From positions 365,873 to 429,872 of the forward strand of contig NZ_CBDCBD010000002.1 of the NCBI RefSeq assembly GCF_965214215.1: 64,000 nt of DNA, written 5' to 3'. Shown here piece by piece: positions 1 to 7,433 of this stretch (position 1 is the stretch's first letter; every line of letters starts with the position of its first letter). The notes below the pieces were generated by a model that saw nothing but the letters and a program-made list of their open reading frames with translations, was not told the origin of the DNA and made no database searches. This stretch comes from Candidatus Poriferisodalis sp. Lineage in GTDB: Bacteria; Actinomycetota; Acidimicrobiia; Acidimicrobiales; Poriferisodalaceae. The position numbers and the translations under genes were made by a program.

Positions 1-1287
1 TCCACTGGGACGACGTCGTAGGTCATGTCGATCTTTCGCCAGTCGAGCAGAGAAGGGGCCACCGGCACCGGCGGGAATCCGGGGCTCGACCGGCGCGGCA
101 GTCCAAGCGACGCGAACATGCCGACCACGCCCAGCGCTGCCGACAGCAAGAACACAATCGTGAACGAGCCCGCGGCGTCGGCCACGAAGCCGCCGAGCTG
201 CGGCGAGATCATCTGGGCCATGCCGAAGCAGAACGTCGTGGCGGCGAACGCCGGTCCATAGTTGTCGGTGGTGGTGTTCTGGACGACGTACACGGTCAGC
301 ACCGTCGGCATGGCTGAGAACAGCAGCCCGATCATCACGCACAACACCAGCGTCGGCACAAACCAGCCCGGCAGGACCAGCGTGGTCACGATCGACCAGC
401 CCGCGAATGAGATCACCAGCGTGGCGCGTGTGCCGATGCGCTCGGACAGAGCGATGAATAGCGGCCCACCGAAGATCATCGCCATGCCGACGAGCGTGAA
501 GGCCAGCGAAGCTCGTGAGCTCGTCCAGCCGCTGTCGTCTTCCAGCCGAGTCGTCAAGAAGGCGATGACCAGCAGATACAGCAGCCCGAACGTCGTGAAC
601 GCGCCTACCAAGGGCACCCATCCAGGCAGGCGCCTCAGCGTGGAGAACCCGCCGATGCCAGTCCCCGACGCCAAGCGCTCTTGGCGATGCCCGATGAACA
701 GCAGAACTGCGGCCGCGATGGCGGCACCGATGAGCAGCTGGATGAGGTACACGTTCCGCCAGGACGCATCGCCCATCGTCGAGCGGACGAAGCCCGAGAG
801 CTGGCCGCCGAACACGACGCCGAGCCCCATGCCTGCGCCGAGCGCAGCCACCGCGAAAGCTCGCTTGTCGGGCGCGAGCGCATCAGCCGTCACCACGGGG
901 GCGGGGATCCACGCGAGCGCTCCGCCCATGCCCATGGTCGCCAGAGCGACCCCCAGCACCAGCGGGCCCGGGGCGATCGCGGCCAGCGCCTGGCCGATGA
1001 CTGCGAGCACCACGCCTACTCGCATCACCCCAAGCAGCCGGAAACGGCTCGACGCCGCCGCGACGACCAGGCTGCCTGCCAAGTACGCCGCCATATTCAC
1101 GGTTGCGAGCGAGCCGGCGACGGTGTTCGACAAACCGAGGTCGTCGCGGACAGCGGGGAGCAGCACCCCGTAGGTGAACCGGCCGAAGGACTGTGCGACG
1201 GCCGCGATGAGCGACATGAGAGCGACCGCTGCGACGCCGGTCAGCGTGCGCCGCCGGGTCTTCAGCTCGTTGTCGTCGTCGATCACA
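1..1287 (-). CDS. MFS transporter, YbfB/YjiJ-like (C-terminus runs off the window)
   Basis: Absent from the ORF track because no stop lies in the window. My reverse-strand translation from GTG at 1287 (preceded by an in-frame TAG) is uninterrupted to position 1 and is polytopic: VIDDDNELKTRRRTLTGVAAVALMSLIAAVAQSFGRFTYGVLLPAVRDDLGLSNTVAGSLATVN... The N-terminus parallels the MFS at 9714-10988 (SQSFGRFTYSLLFADLRDGFSLSNTVAGALGSLN). Plus-strand ORFs 262-1173 and 681-1292 are shadow frames. Confidence 0.75.
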
Positions 1288-1447
1288 AGTGACTATGCAA
1301 CATGCAATCACTCCCGGATGCACGTTCGGGGCGTGGTCTGGATACCGGCGTCGGGTGCGAGACTCGCAAGATGGCGAGGGCACACACGGCCGACCACGAT
1401 GGCGAACGCCGACCGGCGTCGAGCCGGCGTCGGCTGCGAGAACGTCG

Positions 1448-2062
1448 ATGACGCAGGATCAGTTCGCTGTGCTGGTCGCCGGCGTGGCCACCGCAGTGAC
1501 GTTTGTGCAAGTGGTGCCGCAGGTGGTGCGGCTCTTGCGCCTGAAGCGAACCGAAGGCACCTCGCCCTCTTGGGCAGCGATCGGCATGGTGATCAACATC
1601 GGCTGGATCGCGTACGTGATCGCCGAGGAATTCTGGGTCACGATCCCCGCAATCCTCGCGGCGGTCATCAGCTTCGGAGTGGTTCTGTACCTGCTGTGGC
1701 GCAACGGCGCCGACGTACGCCTAGCGGTGATTTCCGGCATCGCCGTGGGCGTGGCTTGCGTGGTCTTGCAGCGTGTCGCCGGCTGGAATGACCTAGGCAC
1801 GGTGCTCGGATTGTCAAACGGTCTCTACCTCGGGCCGTCGGTGTATGCCGCGTGGCGTATGTATGCGCCGGTCGGCGTGGCCCCGCTGACGTGGGTGCTC
1901 ACCGCAGGCGAGGGCATCTTGTGGGGTTACTACGGGGTGCTCGTGGAGGCGGTCCCGATCGTGGTCTACGGAGGCACGGCGTTCCTGCTCGCGGCGCTCA
2001 TCCTCCTGCGACTGTGGATCACCCGGCACAGGATTCGGGCTGAGCTTGCACCACCCGACTGA
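1448..2062 (+). CDS. PQ-loop / SemiSWEET-like multi-pass membrane protein
   Basis: Part of ORF 1289-2062. I start at ATG 1448 (MTQDQFAVLVAGVATAVTFVQVVPQVVRLLRLKRTEGTSPSW...), where the hydrophobic helices begin. It has a PQ motif followed by a basic loop and about 6-7 predicted TM helices. Confidence 0.6.
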   Translation: MTQDQFAVLVAGVATAVTFVQVVPQVVRLLRLKRTEGTSPSWAAIGMVINIGWIAYVIAEEFWVTIPAILAAVISFGVVLYLLWRNGADVRLAVISGIAVGVACVVLQRVAGWNDLGTVLGLSNGLYLGPSVYAAWRMYAPVGVAPLTWVLTAGEGILWGYYGVLVEAVPIVVYGGTAFLLAALILLRLWITRHRIRAELAPPD

Positions 2063-2103
2063 CCGACCGGGCGCTCGACGCTCGACTACGGCGCAGGCCT
2101 CGT

Positions 2104-2637
2104 CTACGACGTGGGAAGCGGGCAGGCGGCGGCCTGATACGTGCGCAGCCGCTTGCGCAGCGTCCACACGAGGAGCGCAAGGGCGGCCAGCCCCACGACG
2201 GGCTGCACTGGCGCCCACCACGACAGCGCCCCCGAGATTCCCACGAGCGCAACGACGGCTTGGTTGCACACCGGACAGCCCACGGCGAGGAACGACACGA
2301 ACCCGCCCCAGATGGTGGAGGTGCCCTGGCGTTCCACCGCCGCTTCGGTCACTGCGTCATTGCCCGCGGCTGGGCGGATCGCAAAGATCAAGCCGATGAA
2401 AGCCGACGTCACCACGAGGATCACGTAGTCGAGCCACCCCGTCTCGACAGGCCTGCCGAAGATCGGCGTGTCGATCACATCTGAGGGGACGCCGATCAAC
2501 ACAGCGGCAACGGCGCCGTACACCACGGCTCTCGGCCACACCGTACGAGGCAGCTCCCCCAGATCCCTCAGCACCAAAGCGACGCTACCCCGCCCCCTGA
2601 CCTGCCCATCCGCGCCCAACTCGGACGCGGTAGTCAC
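2104..2637 (-). CDS. Conserved membrane protein with GCPVCN motif
   Basis: 177-aa ORF with 4-5 hydrophobic helices and the motif FLAVGCPVCNQAVVALVG. The N-terminal RDLGELPRTVWPRAVVYG resembles a recurrent actinobacterial hypothetical family (recalled from memory). Its GTG start overlaps the mazF stop (GTGA at 2634-2637). Confidence 0.7.
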   Translation of the reverse strand: MTTASELGADGQVRGRGSVALVLRDLGELPRTVWPRAVVYGAVAAVLIGVPSDVIDTPIFGRPVETGWLDYVILVVTSAFIGLIFAIRPAAGNDAVTEAAVERQGTSTIWGGFVSFLAVGCPVCNQAVVALVGISGALSWWAPVQPVVGLAALALLVWTLRKRLRTYQAAACPLPTS

Positions 2638-2996
2638 CAGCGCCGCAGTGGGGAAGACAGGCCGAGGGCCAGCAAGAGGCCCTGTTCGATGCGTTCCATA
2701 GTGTCGGCATCGACGTCACCGATCGGCTCAGACAGCGCCGTCTTGTCGATAGTGGTCACTTGGGAGACGTTGACAACGGAGTCGTGAGCCAGACCCGACC
2801 CGTCGGCAGGTAATTCCACGTTGCCAGGTGCGGCAGCAAGCCGAAGATTGCTCGTGATGGCGACGCAAATGACGGTTGCGATTTGACTGCGATTGAAGTT
2901 GTCATCGGAGACGACGACCACCGGTCGAGAGAAACCGGGTTCGGACCCAAGGGGCTCACCGAGATCTGCCCAGCGAATGTCGCCGCGACGCATCAA
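2634..2996 (-). CDS. mazF: Type II toxin, MazF/PemK family endoribonuclease
   Basis: 120 aa. RGDIRWADLGEPLGSEPGFSRPVVVVSDDNFNR...VICVAITSN...SVVNVSQVTTIDKTAL matches the PemK/MazF fold consensus. There is a 4-nt ATGA overlap with the upstream antitoxin ORF. Confidence 0.9.
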   Translation of the reverse strand: MMRRGDIRWADLGEPLGSEPGFSRPVVVVSDDNFNRSQIATVICVAITSNLRLAAAPGNVELPADGSGLAHDSVVNVSQVTTIDKTALSEPIGDVDADTMERIEQGLLLALGLSSPLRRW

Positions 2997-3226
2997 GCAT
3001 CCCCCGACAATGCACGCGCCTGCAACGCGCGCAGCACTGGGTCAAGCTCGGAGGACTCTGCGCTGTACACATCGTTCAGCCGTTCGGTGATTTCGTCACG
3101 CTGAATGTCGGCCAGCAACAGTCTGAGCGCACGCGTGTACAGGCTCGAGCGTGAGCACTGCTCACGTGCAGCCAGCTCCTCAGCGGCTTGGAACACATCG
3201 TCCACAATGGAGACAGCGACCTTCAT
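2993..3226 (-). CDS. Ribbon-helix-helix (CopG-like) antitoxin
   Basis: Internal ATG (codon 50) of ORF 2993-3373: MKVAVSIVDDVFQAAEELAAREQCSRSSLYTRALRLLLADIQRDE... is a typical RHH N-terminal strand plus two helices. Its stop overlaps the mazF start. The upstream 49 codons of the track ORF are Cys/Arg-rich and look non-coding. Confidence 0.75.
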   Translation of the reverse strand: MKVAVSIVDDVFQAAEELAAREQCSRSSLYTRALRLLLADIQRDEITERLNDVYSAESSELDPVLRALQARALSGDA

Positions 3227-3232
3227 ACGCGG

Positions 3233-3260
3233 AGTATAACTCGGTAATACCATTCCTACG
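3233..3260 (-). promoter_or_regulatory. Putative promoter/operator of the antitoxin-toxin operon
   Basis: On the minus strand, TATACT (plus 3233-3238) lies 6 nt upstream of the antitoxin ATG, implying a leaderless or very short leader. A perfect 9-bp palindrome GGTATTACC (3243-3251) lies immediately upstream, where an autoregulating RHH antitoxin would be expected to bind. Confidence 0.4.
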
Positions 3261-3388
3261 TCCCTGGCCACAGGCAGTTGGCGCCGATGTTTCCGGTCAC
3301 GAGCACCCGACCAGATTCCGCTGCCATCGCACATCCCGCAGTCGTGCCTTGCGAGACTCGGGCACCGCGCCACACGGCTCGATCATGC

Positions 3389-3643
3389 TCAGCGTTCGAG
3401 TTCACGGATGGTCTCGAGCAGGGTTGCGGTGTCTCGCAGCCAGGTCACTACCCGGTCGATGCAATCTGGGCGGGTCACGTCGAGCAGCACTGTGGCGACT
3501 GCGACCGTGTCGCCGGCCTCATCATCGGCGACCATCGTGGTGGTCGGCCGCAGACGGGCATCGGACGCCACCAGCACCCCGGCCGCACGGAGTTGGCGTC
3601 GCTGGATCTCACCGCCGTCGTCATTCATGAGATCATCGTTCAT
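3389..3643 (-). CDS. Hypothetical small acidic protein (84 aa)
   Basis: ORF with strong third-position GC bias (coding-like). I recognise no family. It is immediately preceded by an AT-rich island. Confidence 0.5.
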   Translation of the reverse strand: MNDDLMNDDGGEIQRRQLRAAGVLVASDARLRPTTTMVADDEAGDTVAVATVLLDVTRPDCIDRVVTWLRDTATLLETIRELER

Positions 3644-3700
3644 GATATGTCAATGTATTTCTATTTCTTTCATGAAACCAATCATTTTCCGCTACCAGCC
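3644..3700. promoter_or_regulatory. AT-rich island (putative promoter region)
   Basis: atatgtcaatgtatttctatttctttcatgaaaccaatcattttcc is one of only two strongly AT-rich patches in the window. On the minus strand, TACATT (TAnnnT-type -10) lies 8 nt before the ATG at 3643, compatible with a leaderless transcript. Confidence 0.35.
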
Positions 3701-3888
3701 GCTGGGGCGGATCGGCGCCGGTGACCGCTCCGACCTGCTCACGACTCGGCAGCAAACCTGACTTGGCGGCTTGCTTGCCCCAGACCAACACCGACTGCTT
3801 GGAACTCTTCGTCTAGGTCTGTGTGGGACCCGTAGAGTCTCGAACCAACCAAGCCGACGCCATCGACTCGTGGAGGGTGTTCGTTCCT

Positions 3889-4701
3889 ATGGCTGCTGAC
3901 AATCCGGCTGTCGACGACACCAACACCGGCTCGGTCGCGGTCGGGCATCGATTCGCTGACGCATTGCGGGAAGAGGGGCTCTCAGTCATCGCCGAGATCA
4001 AGCGGCGGTCGCCTTCGCGGGGGGCGTTGCGAGCCGATGCTGACGCGGCGGATCTCGCATCGGAGTACAAGTCGGGCGGGGCGGCGTGCCTGTCGGTGTT
4101 GACCGAGCGCGAGCGATTCGGCGGCTCGCCTGAAGACCTGCAGGCTGCGAAGGCGGTGACCGGTCTGCCCGTGCTTCGCAAGGACTTTCTGCGCACGCTC
4201 GACGACGTGCGCGACAGTCACGAGATGGGTGCCGATGCGATGCTCGTCATCCTGGCCGACATCGACCCGGCACGGCTGCCGCCCATGCAGGAACTGGCGC
4301 TGTCGCTCGGCGTGGATGTGCTGACCGAGGTCCGAGACGAAGCTGAGTTCGAGGCGGCCATCGACCTCGGCGCCTACATGATCGCGATCAACCAGCGTGA
4401 CAACCCCGAGTCGACCAAGTTCACCGTCGACTACGAAAAGGCGGTGCGGGTCAGCCGCTACTTCGACAGGTTCACCAGGATCGACCGAGAGATCTTGGTC
4501 GTGGCAGCTTCTGGCATCGGCGTCCAAGGCGGGACACCGATGAGCGCAATTGCCCAGGCCGGCTACGACGCCGCCCTAGTCGGGGAAGCTCTGGTAGTGG
4601 CAGACGACCCCCCGGCGCTCCTGAGGGAACTGCTCACCAATGCCGAGTGCGACCAGCCCACGCCCGCATCAACCGGGGGTGAGGGCGTCGGTCACGACTG
4701 A
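3889..4701 (+). CDS. trpC: Indole-3-glycerol phosphate synthase
   Basis: LSVIAEIKRRSPSRGALR, LSVLTE, PVLRKDF, MLVILADI, VLTEVRDEAE and IAINQRD are the TrpC (IGPS) barrel motifs. Start chosen at ATG 3889 (GGAGG 12 nt upstream); GTG 3823 is the longest alternative. Confidence 0.88.
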   Translation: MAADNPAVDDTNTGSVAVGHRFADALREEGLSVIAEIKRRSPSRGALRADADAADLASEYKSGGAACLSVLTERERFGGSPEDLQAAKAVTGLPVLRKDFLRTLDDVRDSHEMGADAMLVILADIDPARLPPMQELALSLGVDVLTEVRDEAEFEAAIDLGAYMIAINQRDNPESTKFTVDYEKAVRVSRYFDRFTRIDREILVVAASGIGVQGGTPMSAIAQAGYDAALVGEALVVADDPPALLRELLTNAECDQPTPASTGGEGVGHD

Positions 4702-5835
4702 AGCGGGAATTTCGCCACCGCCGGCTTGTTCGGTGCCGTCGGTGCGGATCAGCAGCCAGCGAGGCTGGTAGCTGACGCCATACCTCGTCCACAGATCGCC
4801 CTGCTCATCGGGCAGGTGCGGCATGTTGCCGACCCCGTAGGTGCTCACGAATCCGTTCATTGCGGACTGGGAGTCACGCCCGGGAATGCCGATGAGCACC
4901 AGGTTGTCTCCATGCTGTGTCTTCAGCGCTGCGACCGCAGGCGCTTCCCGCTGGCACGTCGGTCACCACGGCGCCCAGAACCACAGCAGCACATCCCTGC
5001 CGGCCAACGCGCCGACATCGAGGGTCGCTCCGTTCAGCTGGGGGACGGCCAGCGCCAGCACCCGGGGGCGATCTTCGGTCGGCTCGACTTGCGTGGCGGT
5101 GCCTTCTTCATCCTTGGTGGCTTCGTCGTCGCCGGACTCGTCATTCTCCTGGTCGGCTTCCTCTACTTGGCCACTCTCGCCGTCATCGCCTGATTCGCCG
5201 TCGTCGTCGTCGCTGTCGTCATCGTCGTCACCATCGCCCGATTCGTGGCCGTCGCCGGCATCGTCGTCGCTGTCGTCGTCGCTGTCGTCGTCCCGGCTTT
5301 CGTCCCCGCCACCCGACTGGCCCTCGCTGTCGCTGTCGTCGTCGCTGTCGTCGTCCCGGCTTTCGTCCCCGCGACCCGACTGGCCCTCGCTGTCGCTGTC
5401 GTCGTCGTCCCGACCTTCGTCCTTGCCGCCCGACTCGCTGTCGCTGTCGTCGCCGTCGTCACTGTCATCGCCGGATTCACGGTCGTCGCCACCATCGCCG
5501 TCGCGGCTCTCATCTACACCGTCGTCATCGTGATCGTCGGGGTGACGATCGTCCCCATCGACTTCGCCCAGCTCACGGTTGTCGACTGCACCGTCGCGGT
5601 TGTCGTCGTCACGATCGTCTTGCGAGCTACGAGCCGCATCGTTGGTCGTGGCATCCGTCGTCGGCATGATCGCGACGGTGGTTGTCGCCGCGTCCTGGAC
5701 CAGCGTCTGCGGCGTCTCGTCGCTGTCACTGCTGCAACTGGCCACAAGACCTGCACTGGCGAGACAGCAGGCGAAGAGCACCGTCGAACGCTGCAGGAAT
5801 CGGCCCACGGTGGCGAGCGTAATCCGCCTCGGCAT
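4669..5835 (-). CDS. Thioredoxin-fold (TlpA/ResA-like) lipoprotein with an in-frame TGA at the first active-site Cys: candidate selenoprotein (or pseudogene)
   Basis: Track ORFs 4963-5835 and 4669-4899 are in the same frame ((4965-4899) is divisible by 3). Reading through the TGA at 4963-4965 gives ...GRDVLLWFWAPW-[TGA]-PTCQREAPAVAALKTQHGDNLVLIGIPGRD...YGVSYQPRWLLIRTDG..., a complete redoxin domain with the stop at the WCxxC first-Cys position. The N-terminus has a signal peptide plus lipobox (LVASC), followed by a ~200-aa D/S/E/G-rich linker. Confidence 0.7.
4925..4945 (-). promoter_or_regulatory. SECIS-like hairpin downstream of the in-frame TGA
   Basis: Minus-strand RNA is UGA CCG ACG UGC CAG CGG GAA GCG CCU GCG GUC GCA GCG CUG. 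It folds as AGCG(C bulge)CUGC-[GGUC]-GCAGCGCU: 8 bp, one 5'-arm bulge 4 bp below a GGUC apical loop. The loop starts 30 nt after the U of UGA. Confidence 0.45.
5281..5406. repeat. Near-perfect 63-nt tandem duplication inside the acidic linker
   Basis: 5281-5343 and 5344-5406 differ at one base (gctgtcgtcgtcccggctttcgtccccgc[c/g]acccgactggccctcgctgtcgctgtcgtcgtc). A degenerate third unit follows. The unit encodes DDDSDSEGQSG[R/G]GDESRDDDSD. Confidence 0.85.
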
Positions 5836-5872
5836 GGACTTCGATGCCCCGACTGGCCATTAGCTTCACGCC

Positions 5873-6355
5873 GTGCCGCGTCTGTTCGTCGCTGTGTGGC
5901 CACCCGATTCTGTCGTGGAGGACTTGGCGCAACTGCCGCGACAAGCCGCACCAGGTGTCAGCTGGACGAAAGCCCGCCGGCTGCACATCACACTGCGATT
6001 CCTCGGCGAATGCGATCAGGACGAGGTCCTCAGCGCGCTGACGTCCGGCTCGTTTCCCAACGCTCGCGTGACGCTGGGCCCATCCCCGCAGCGACTCGGT
6101 CGAGACGTGCTCATGCTGCCCGCCGAAGGAGTCGACGAACTGGCGGCTTCCGTCGGCGAAGCCACGCGCTTCGTCGGCGATCCGCTCCCCGACCGTCCCT
6201 TCGTCGGCCACATGACGGTGGCCCGATTCCGTAGGCGGCAGCCGTCGGCGGACTGGCCGCAGCTGAACGACGCGTTCGACGTATCGCACATCAGCTTGGT
6301 GGAGTCAACACCGTGGGGCGAGTACGCCGACGTCGCGACGTTCCCGCTCCGCTAA
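5873..6355 (+). CDS. thpR: RNA 2',3'-cyclic phosphodiesterase (2H phosphoesterase, LigT/ThpR)
   Basis: 160 aa. RLFVAVWPP, and two HxT motifs (RLHITLRFLG and VGHMTVARF) at the expected spacing. Confidence 0.85.
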   Translation: MPRLFVAVWPPDSVVEDLAQLPRQAAPGVSWTKARRLHITLRFLGECDQDEVLSALTSGSFPNARVTLGPSPQRLGRDVLMLPAEGVDELAASVGEATRFVGDPLPDRPFVGHMTVARFRRRQPSADWPQLNDAFDVSHISLVESTPWGEYADVATFPLR

Positions 6356-6365
6356 GAGCACGAGC

Positions 6366-6389
6366 GCAGAGGCCCTGCCTCCTCCGCAG
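6366..6389 (+). repeat. Partial copy (right arm) of palindromic repeat family 1
   Basis: gcagaggccctgcctcctccgcag compared with the right end of copy A, gcagagtctcctgccgcctccgcag. Confidence 0.4.
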
Positions 6390-6397
6390 CGGCCACA

Positions 6398-6420
6398 GCT
6401 GTCAGTCGGGATGTGACAGC
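6398..6420 (+). terminator. Hairpin downstream of thpR
   Basis: GCTGTCA-gtcgggatg-TGACAGC: 7-bp stem, ~43 nt after the thpR stop. No U-tract. Confidence 0.3.
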
Positions 6421-6527
6421 CTGAGGCGGCCGCAGTCGCCGATCAAGCAGGCCTGCACACAGACAGCCCGCAAATTGCGAGACTGGCAACCGCCAAGCGA
6501 ACGACGGCAAGGGACACCAGAGCAGCC

Positions 6528-6632
6528 ATGGGACTTCACCACGTCGCATACGCAACCAAGGACTTGGAGGCGACGCACCGCTTCTATGAGGAGTTGATGG
6601 GTTTCCCACTGGTCCACGCCCAAACCGCCTAG
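6528..6632 (+). pseudogene. Truncated VOC/glyoxalase-family N-terminal fragment (34 codons)
   Basis: ATG 6528: MGLHHVAYATKDLEATHRFYEELMGFPLVHAQTA-stop. This is the first beta-alpha-beta unit of a vicinal-oxygen-chelate protein and nothing more. The next gene starts 4 nt later. Confidence 0.4.
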
Positions 6633-6635
6633 AGG

Positions 6636-7412
6636 ATGAGCAAAATGTCGAAGCAGCGCTACACCACCACGGTCGCGGAGGTCGATCTGACCACGGCCGA
6701 CGGCACCATGAACTGCCACGTGATCACGCCCGGGCGTGATGGGCAGCTGCGGGCTGTGATCGTGTACATGCCCGCGTCGGGCATCCGGCCCGAGCTGGTT
6801 GACATCGCGGGACGCATCGCCGCCATGGGCTATGCCGTCGTTCTGCCGAATTCCTTCTACCGGCTGGCGCGACACGTCGACATCGACGCCAACCGGCTCG
6901 GCGACGACGACTATCTGCCCGTGCGCGAATTCATGATGGGCCTGGCGGGCAACATCACCAATCCCCGCATCATCGCCGACACCGGCGTCATGCTCGATTG
7001 GCTGGAATCTCGCGAGGGCATCGACGCCGACCAGGTCGGCGGTGTCGGCTACTGCATGGGCGGGCGACTCGTGATGGCGGCCGCGAGCGCCTACCCGGAT
7101 CGTTTCGCCGCCGCTGCGTCGCTGTACGGCGCAGGCATCGTGACCGATGAAGATGACTCGCCGCACCACAGACTCGCAGACGTGTCGGGCGAGCTGTACT
7201 TCGGCATTGCCGAAAACGACATCTACGTCAGCGACGAGGAAACAGCAGCGCTGAAGGCTCACCTGCCCACGACCGGCGTACGACACACCGTGGAGACCTA
7301 TCCCGGCACGGAGCATGGCTTCGTCTTTCCCGAGCGCTACTGCTTCTCGCCCGAGGGCGCCGAACTGCACTACGAACGGCTCGCTGATCTCTTCGCCCGC
7401 AACCTGGGCTGA
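6636..7412 (+). CDS. Dienelactone hydrolase family protein
   Basis: 258 aa. VIVYMPASG, nucleophile elbow VGGVGYCMGG, and C-terminal YPGTEHGF are typical of the DLH alpha/beta-hydrolase family. Confidence 0.85.
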   Translation: MSKMSKQRYTTTVAEVDLTTADGTMNCHVITPGRDGQLRAVIVYMPASGIRPELVDIAGRIAAMGYAVVLPNSFYRLARHVDIDANRLGDDDYLPVREFMMGLAGNITNPRIIADTGVMLDWLESREGIDADQVGGVGYCMGGRLVMAAASAYPDRFAAAASLYGAGIVTDEDDSPHHRLADVSGELYFGIAENDIYVSDEETAALKAHLPTTGVRHTVETYPGTEHGFVFPERYCFSPEGAELHYERLADLFARNLG

Positions 7413-7433
7413 GCGCGGAAACCCTCGCCGGTC

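Noticed and set aside
3825-3865. tRNA-like T-arm (GGTTCGAGAC on the minus strand) upstream of trpC.
   Set aside because: The flanking bases do not form a T-stem, acceptor stem or anticodon arm. It is a chance match to the GGTTCGA motif.
4669-4899. Treating 4669-4899 (76 aa) and 4963-5835 (290 aa) as two independent genes, as listed in the ORF track.
   Set aside because: The upstream ORF would end inside the redoxin active-site motif (…FWAPW-stop). The downstream ORF would start with a GTG in the middle of the same domain. The two are in frame and together form one complete thioredoxin fold, so I annotated a single gene (Sec or pseudogene).
5170-5520. Possible CRISPR-like or satellite array suggested by the highly repetitive GTCGTC/GCTGTC sequence.
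   Set aside because: The repeats are codon-phased (GAC/GAT/AGC on the coding strand) inside an open reading frame and lack spacer-repeat organisation. It is a polyacidic coding repeat.
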